Virus record (IMG/VR): IMGVR_UViG_3300017913_001692
Location: 1 to 52,024 of that record
DNA: 52,024 nucleotides
Origin: a virus
Taxonomy: Duplodnaviria; Caudoviricetes
Direction: 5' to 3' (one strand)
The notes under the pieces were generated by a model. The model was not told the DNA's origin. It did not search any database and saw only the letters and a list, made by a program, of their open reading frames with translations. This document shows positions 47,808 through 52,024 of the stretch, piece by piece (the first letter of the stretch is position 1; the number at the start of each line of letters is the position of its first letter). Position numbers and translations under genes: made by a program.

Positions 47808-49033
47808 AGATTTTCTTTCTCTTTCCGATGTTGACCTTTACACCTTTTGAATGTTTTTCTCAGTGCTTCTACTAGATCATACATCATTGCATCTGTGTGA
47901 AGCGGAGTAGGCGCGATGCGTAAACGCTCTTCTCCGACAGCAACAGTTGGGTAATTTATAGGTTGGATATAAATGTTATAATCTTCTAACAGCATATCAC
48001 TCATCTTCTTACACAACTTTGCATCTCTAACCATAACCGGTACTATATGAGTACAAGCATCATCTAACACTTCTATACCTACATCATTCAACATCTTCTT
48101 AAGTGTGTTAGCTCTTTCTTGATGCTTTATTCTTAGATCGTTATGGTCTTTTAGATATTTGATAGAGGCTAAGGCACCAGAACAAATAACTGGACTTGTG
48201 CTGGTTGTGAATATAAATCCACTAGCTACACTACGGATCGCGTCTATGACTGTCCTATCACCTGCAATGTAACCACCTTGAACTCCATAGGCTTTGCCAA
48301 GGGTACCATTTGTAATATCGACTCTAGCTTCGCCCACCTTCTCACAATACCCTGCGCCTGTATCCCCATACAAGCCGACAGCGTGGACTTCATCAATATA
48401 TGTAATGGCTCCGTACTCTTCTGCCAAGTCGCAAACACGAGAAATAGGAGAGACATCGCCATCCATGCTATACACGGATTCAAAGACTATGCAGGGTTTA
48501 AGTCCTAGTGCGGTAACCTCCTGAAGTTTCTCTTCTAAATCGCTCATATCATTATGCGTCCAAATACGTTTTTCTGCTCCTGAGTGTCGAATACCTTGGA
48601 TAAGTGAAGCATGATTCTTAGAATCTGAAAGAAAACATAGGTTAGGAATGATCCTGTTTAAAGCGATGAGTGTCCACTCATTGGCAACATAGGCACTGGT
48701 GTAGAGTAAAGCCGCTCCTTTGCTATGCAGCTGGGCGAGTTCGTGTTCTAATGCAACGTGATAATGACTTGTGCCGCCAATGTTTCTAGTTCCACCTGAT
48801 CCACTTCCTGTCTGATCAAGTGCAGTATGCATAGCATCAATCACAACCTTATGCTGACCCATACCAAGATAATCATTAGAACACCAGTTAACAATATTTT
48901 TTATGTTGTAAGGACCATACCAGATAGCTTCCGGAAAAGCTCCTCGCTCCCTTACAATGTCATTGAAAACTCTATACTTGCCTTCTTGTTGAAGTGACTC
49001 AAGTATACGATTAAATGGTTCTAAATCTATCAC
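47804..49033 (-). CDS. hemA: 5-aminolevulinate synthase (C4 pathway)
   Basis: [59 protein letters not shown]; GTG start. Confidence 0.95.
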   Translation of the reverse strand: MIDLEPFNRILESLQQEGKYRVFNDIVRERGAFPEAIWYGPYNIKNIVNWCSNDYLGMGQHKVVIDAMHTALDQTGSGSGGTRNIGGTSHYHVALEHELAQLHSKGAALLYTSAYVANEWTLIALNRIIPNLCFLSDSKNHASLIQGIRHSGAEKRIWTHNDMSDLEEKLQEVTALGLKPCIVFESVYSMDGDVSPISRVCDLAEEYGAITYIDEVHAVGLYGDTGAGYCEKVGEARVDITNGTLGKAYGVQGGYIAGDRTVIDAIRSVASGFIFTTSTSPVICSGALASIKYLKDHNDLRIKHQERANTLKKMLNDVGIEVLDDACTHIVPVMVRDAKLCKKMSDMLLEDYNIYIQPINYPTVAVGEERLRIAPTPLHTDAMMYDLVEALRKTFKRCKGQHRKEKENL

Positions 49034-49075
49034 GCAGTATTTATCATATTATATGCGTACATTATAGAAAAGATT

Positions 49076-49149
49076 AACCCCTACTAACTTTTGGAACGTT
49101 GACAGCCAATGGCAATGAATCTCTGTTCTCGATTTCGTTAGTAGGGGTT
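49076..49149. repeat. 13 bp perfect inverted repeat enclosing 48 nt
   Basis: AACCCCTACTAAC ... GTTAGTAGGGGTT. Confidence 0.8.
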
Positions 49150-49208
49150 GCTACTTTACTATACTATGTTAGAGGGCTATGCCCAATGTTCTATATTGTT
49201 GTTATATT

Positions 49209-49517
49209 TTATTTACCGTTTACAAATTTGTAAAAGGCTTCGGCAGTATCTAGAACTTCTTTTGTGCCAGGTACATCTGGCATCTCCACCTTAGTTACAA
49301 CTTCGTCACCTTCTTTGGTAACAACTGTTGACCAACCTGCGAACTTTGCATGATAGTCGCTCCATACATTGTCCTTGGCCATTTCTAAGACTTTAGTTCT
49401 AATCTCATAACCGTTTTTATTTGTTGATACTTTTGGCATTGCTTGCTTGAACATATCTGCAATTTCTTGCGTCTGTTTCAAGATAGTCTCGCCGTATGTG
49501 GTTTCTACTTTTGACAT
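49209..49517 (-). CDS. hypothetical protein
   Basis: AAGGAG RBS; NGYEIR..VLEMA...A..FY.FV. Confidence 0.8.
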   Translation of the reverse strand: MSKVETTYGETILKQTQEIADMFKQAMPKVSTNKNGYEIRTKVLEMAKDNVWSDYHAKFAGWSTVVTKEGDEVVTKVEMPDVPGTKEVLDTAEAFYKFVNGK

Positions 49518-49584
49518 TATTTTCTCCTTGTGTGTCTGTGTGTAGTGTTACTAATGTAACAAATTTATTTAGCAATGTCAAGTA

Positions 49585-50019
49585 TTAAAGTTCTCCAATA
49601 AGAGCCTTTAGTTTCTTTTTGCTCTTTCCGACTGCCTTCGCCTTAGCAACTGCGTCTTTGTTTGAAGTGTCATCACCAACTACGATAAGAGCAATCATGC
49701 CCATTGACTTGTGTGGTGTACACTGATATAGATATACTCCAGGTGTGTCAAACGTAATTGAAACTTCTTTGTTGTTCTTTGACTTTTTAGGAATGTCAAA
49801 GCCTTCTGGTGCCGCAACGATTTCTACGTTGTGACCTTTTGATGTTGGCACCCAAGTAATTGTGTCGCCTACATCAATGCGTGTGATGTCTTCGGAGTAA
49901 ACCATCTTTGCTCCGTCATCACGTTTATTCAACATTTCGATTGTTGTGTCTGCGGCATATGCTAGACTTGAAATGAATACCAAGCCAAACACTGCCATAA
50001 AAAAAGTTAGTACTTTCAT
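49585..50019 (-). CDS. pseudoazurin (type-1 blue copper protein)
   Basis: Signal peptide, EMLNK, GD.ITWVPT.KGHNVE, Y.CTPH.SMGM. Confidence 0.92.
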   Translation of the reverse strand: MKVLTFFMAVFGLVFISSLAYAADTTIEMLNKRDDGAKMVYSEDITRIDVGDTITWVPTSKGHNVEIVAAPEGFDIPKKSKNNKEVSITFDTPGVYLYQCTPHKSMGMIALIVVGDDTSNKDAVAKAKAVGKSKKKLKALIGEL

Positions 50020-50383
50020 TTGTTTTCTGTCCTTTATGTCTGTGTAAATCTACTTATGTAATTTTAAGCGTTCACGATGTCGTTTAGAATTTTTCATTCC
50101 TAGGTAATGATCCGAAGGTTCATAGTTCCATCGCTTGCCGTGATGTCCACGTAGGTCCGCGTAGGCCATACGTAGCTGAACTATGAACTTTACCATAGGG
50201 TTTGGATTAATCTTCACTGCTCTCTTTCGCTGGTTTAGGATTTGAAAGCATATCGTTTTCTTCATCTGTGTAAGGCCACATTATAGTATACCTCCCCAGA
50301 ATAATCCGTTAAGAACCATCATGCCAGTAAGTATCGCCATCATCAATGAAAAGGCAAACGCTCCGTGTAAGAAGTTTTTCCAA

Positions 50384-50584
50384 TTAGGATTCATTGTGTG
50401 TCTCCTCTTTCTGTAACATTAGATTCTTTGCTTCGTCATAATAGCCCATACGTGCTAGTTCAGAAGCGGCTCTTGAACGTCCTGCTTGTTCGCCCATTGC
50501 TATCATGCCAGCCCAGATACCTGCTAGTACTAAGCCAACTGAATAAAATGGATTCTTAAATGCTCTTATAACTAATGCAGTCAT
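50384..50584 (-). CDS. small protein downstream of the DUF1127 gene
   Basis: TAATG coupling; GRSRAASELARMGY. Confidence 0.72.
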   Translation of the reverse strand: MTALVIRAFKNPFYSVGLVLAGIWAGMIAMGEQAGRSRAASELARMGYYDEAKNLMLQKEETHNES

Positions 50585-50841
50585 TACACCCATCCTTTCA
50601 AGTTTTTGTTTACTTCTACTTCGTCTTTGTAATCTCTGTAAAAGTTTCCGCTTGCGATCGATCTAATGTCTGAACGCCCAATACCCATGTCCCAAAGCTC
50701 TCTATCAGAAAGTCTTGAAAGTTCTGCGTAAGTTTGTTTTTCTAATCTACGTGCTTGAAGTTTTTGATTTAGGTTCTTAAACCAAGTCGCTAAACCTGGT
50801 AGGCCAACCCAAGTGGCCGTTCTCATTGCTAGTGCAGTCAT
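50584..50841 (-). CDS. DUF1127 protein
   Basis: TYAELSRLSDRELWDMGIGRSDI. Confidence 0.88.
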   Translation of the reverse strand: MTALAMRTATWVGLPGLATWFKNLNQKLQARRLEKQTYAELSRLSDRELWDMGIGRSDIRSIASGNFYRDYKDEVEVNKNLKGWV

Positions 50842-51010
50842 CCTGCAGTCTCCTTTATGTGTCTATATGTATGTGTGAATTTAGGTATGTCACGACCCCG
50901 GTCTCTCCCGGCGCTACCACGGTACCCTAAAGATGGCACCACTTGTATGGCATGGGTTATGCCCTTCATTTTTTCTGAGCTGAAGACGCTCTAAAGCATT
51001 GCGCTTCGTC
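50842..51010 (-). ncRNA. candidate structured 5' leader RNA
   Basis: ORF-free GC-richer stretch with several stems between a TAAATA motif (51013-51018) and the DUF1127 RBS. Confidence 0.4.
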
Positions 51011-51092
51011 TATATTTATCTAATAGTACAGCCATGCTTACTATTTTCCTAGTGCTATTTTTGCATGGCTGTATCAACATTTTTGCAACAGT

Positions 51093-51266
51093 CTATCTAT
51101 TGTCAGGTTTGATGTTATTCATTAGACAATAATAAGCATAAGGATCTCCCTTATACTCAACTTCAGCCCATCTACGGATGTCGTTGTCGTTTGTTTTATT
51201 CTTCTGAGTCAAGAATGAGACCGCAGTCATCATTACATGACCCATAGCATTTGCTATCTGTGTCAT
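51093..51266 (-). CDS. small protein, 57 aa (RWAEVEY..D.YAY)
   Basis: Hand-translated; GGAG RBS. Confidence 0.65.
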   Translation of the reverse strand: MTQIANAMGHVMMTAVSFLTQKNKTNDNDIRRWAEVEYKGDPYAYYCLMNNIKPDNR

Positions 51267-51508
51267 TGTTTTTCTCCATTGTAATGATGTTTTGTAAGGC
51301 GAACGCCCGTTGTCTTTTCAACGTGTCAGGTCGAGGTGTGAATAGTTTCTCTTTCAGGCCGATATATTTATTTCTTTGTAATAAAAGTTTAATCTTTTCG
51401 AACTTGACGTTGTTATTACCTTGTGTTATAAATAAAGGTGAAGAGCAAAAAAAGTTCTTCACTTATGACGATGGCCCAACAGGGCAAACCAGAATAAGGA
51501 GATATTAA

Positions 51509-52024
51509 ATGGTACGTTCATTCGTAGCCGCACTCTTGGCGGTGTTCGCAGTGACCTCAGTCGCTGAAGCAAGAGAAATTAGAATTGTTGGTTCCTCAAC
51601 AGTTTATCCTTTCACAACAATCGTAGGAGAAACATTTGCCGCAGAGGGCAACACTGCTCCAGTTATTGAATCAACTGGTACTGGCGGTGGTATGAAACTT
51701 TTCTGTGCTGGTACAGGTGTTGATCATCCTGACTTTACTAATGCTTCACGGGCAATTAAGTCAAGTGAAAAAGAAAAGTGTGCCGCAAATGGTGTTACTC
51801 CTCTTGAGATGATGGTAGGTTATGACGGCATTGTTTTTGCTGTAGCAAACACAGGCGAAGCAATGGAAATTACTCCACGTGAGTTATTCCAGGCACTTGC
51901 TAAAGATGTTCCGCAGGAAAACGGTGACCTTGTTCCTAACCCATTCACAACTTGGAACCAAATTAATCCCGAGTTTCCAAACATCAAGATTGAAGTTTTA
52001 GGTCCTCCACCAAGTTCAGGTACA
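51509..52024 (+). CDS. pstS: phosphate ABC transporter substrate-binding protein (3' truncated by window)
   Basis: Hand translation: signal peptide, IVGSSTVYPF, ESTGTGGGMKLFC.G, NASRAIK, GYDGIV, GPPPSSGT; AAGGAG RBS. Confidence 0.93.
   Translation, partial: MVRSFVAALLAVFAVTSVAEAREIRIVGSSTVYPFTTIVGETFAAEGNTAPVIESTGTGGGMKLFCAGTGVDHPDFTNASRAIKSSEKEKCAANGVTPLEMMVGYDGIVFAVANTGEAMEITPRELFQALAKDVPQENGDLVPNPFTTWNQINPEFPNIKIEVLGPPPSSGT

Noticed and set aside
51474-51485. boxB-like GCCC-AACA-GGGC hairpin before pstS
   Set aside because: Only a 4 bp stem with no boxA; too weak to call
51196-51508. 88 aa and 85 aa ORFs from the track
   Set aside because: A different frame (51093..51266, -) has a proper RBS; the rest is the divergent promoter region

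Overview
A 52 kb segment of a large lytic tailed dsDNA phage with T4-like replication genes. The host is probably a marine alphaproteobacterium (inferred from ALA synthase hemA, pseudoazurin, DUF1127 and the PstS type). 1-30.45 kb (mostly + strand): recombination and replication genes (UvsX, UvsY, UvsW, gp62-like subunit, primase, gp41 helicase, two unusually small DnaE-like proteins) interleaved with a large glycan-modification set (KdsA/KdsB, KpsC/KpsS-like and other glycosyltransferases, Gmd, ColD-like enzyme, methyltransferases, carbamoyltransferases, 2OG-Fe oxygenases) and an NCS2 permease. 30.45-44.6 kb (- strand): an early region of small genes, most with their own sigma70 promoter cassette, plus three tRNAs and structured non-coding blocks. 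44.6-52 kb: auxiliary genes (YqgE, HNH, YbaN, HemA, pseudoazurin, DUF1127, PstS). The most unusual signals are non-coding: (1) early-gene leaders carry a GAGGGC motif, while at least five hairpins on the same strand display the complementary GCCCUC in their loops, a candidate antisense RNA control system; (2) an ~857 bp island has no GA dinucleotide on the + strand; (3) IHF-like sites, GNA mini-hairpins, a CAGCGGGGCC repeat and dinucleotide zonation suggest a genome end or staged-injection region. All counts were made by hand and no database searches were run.
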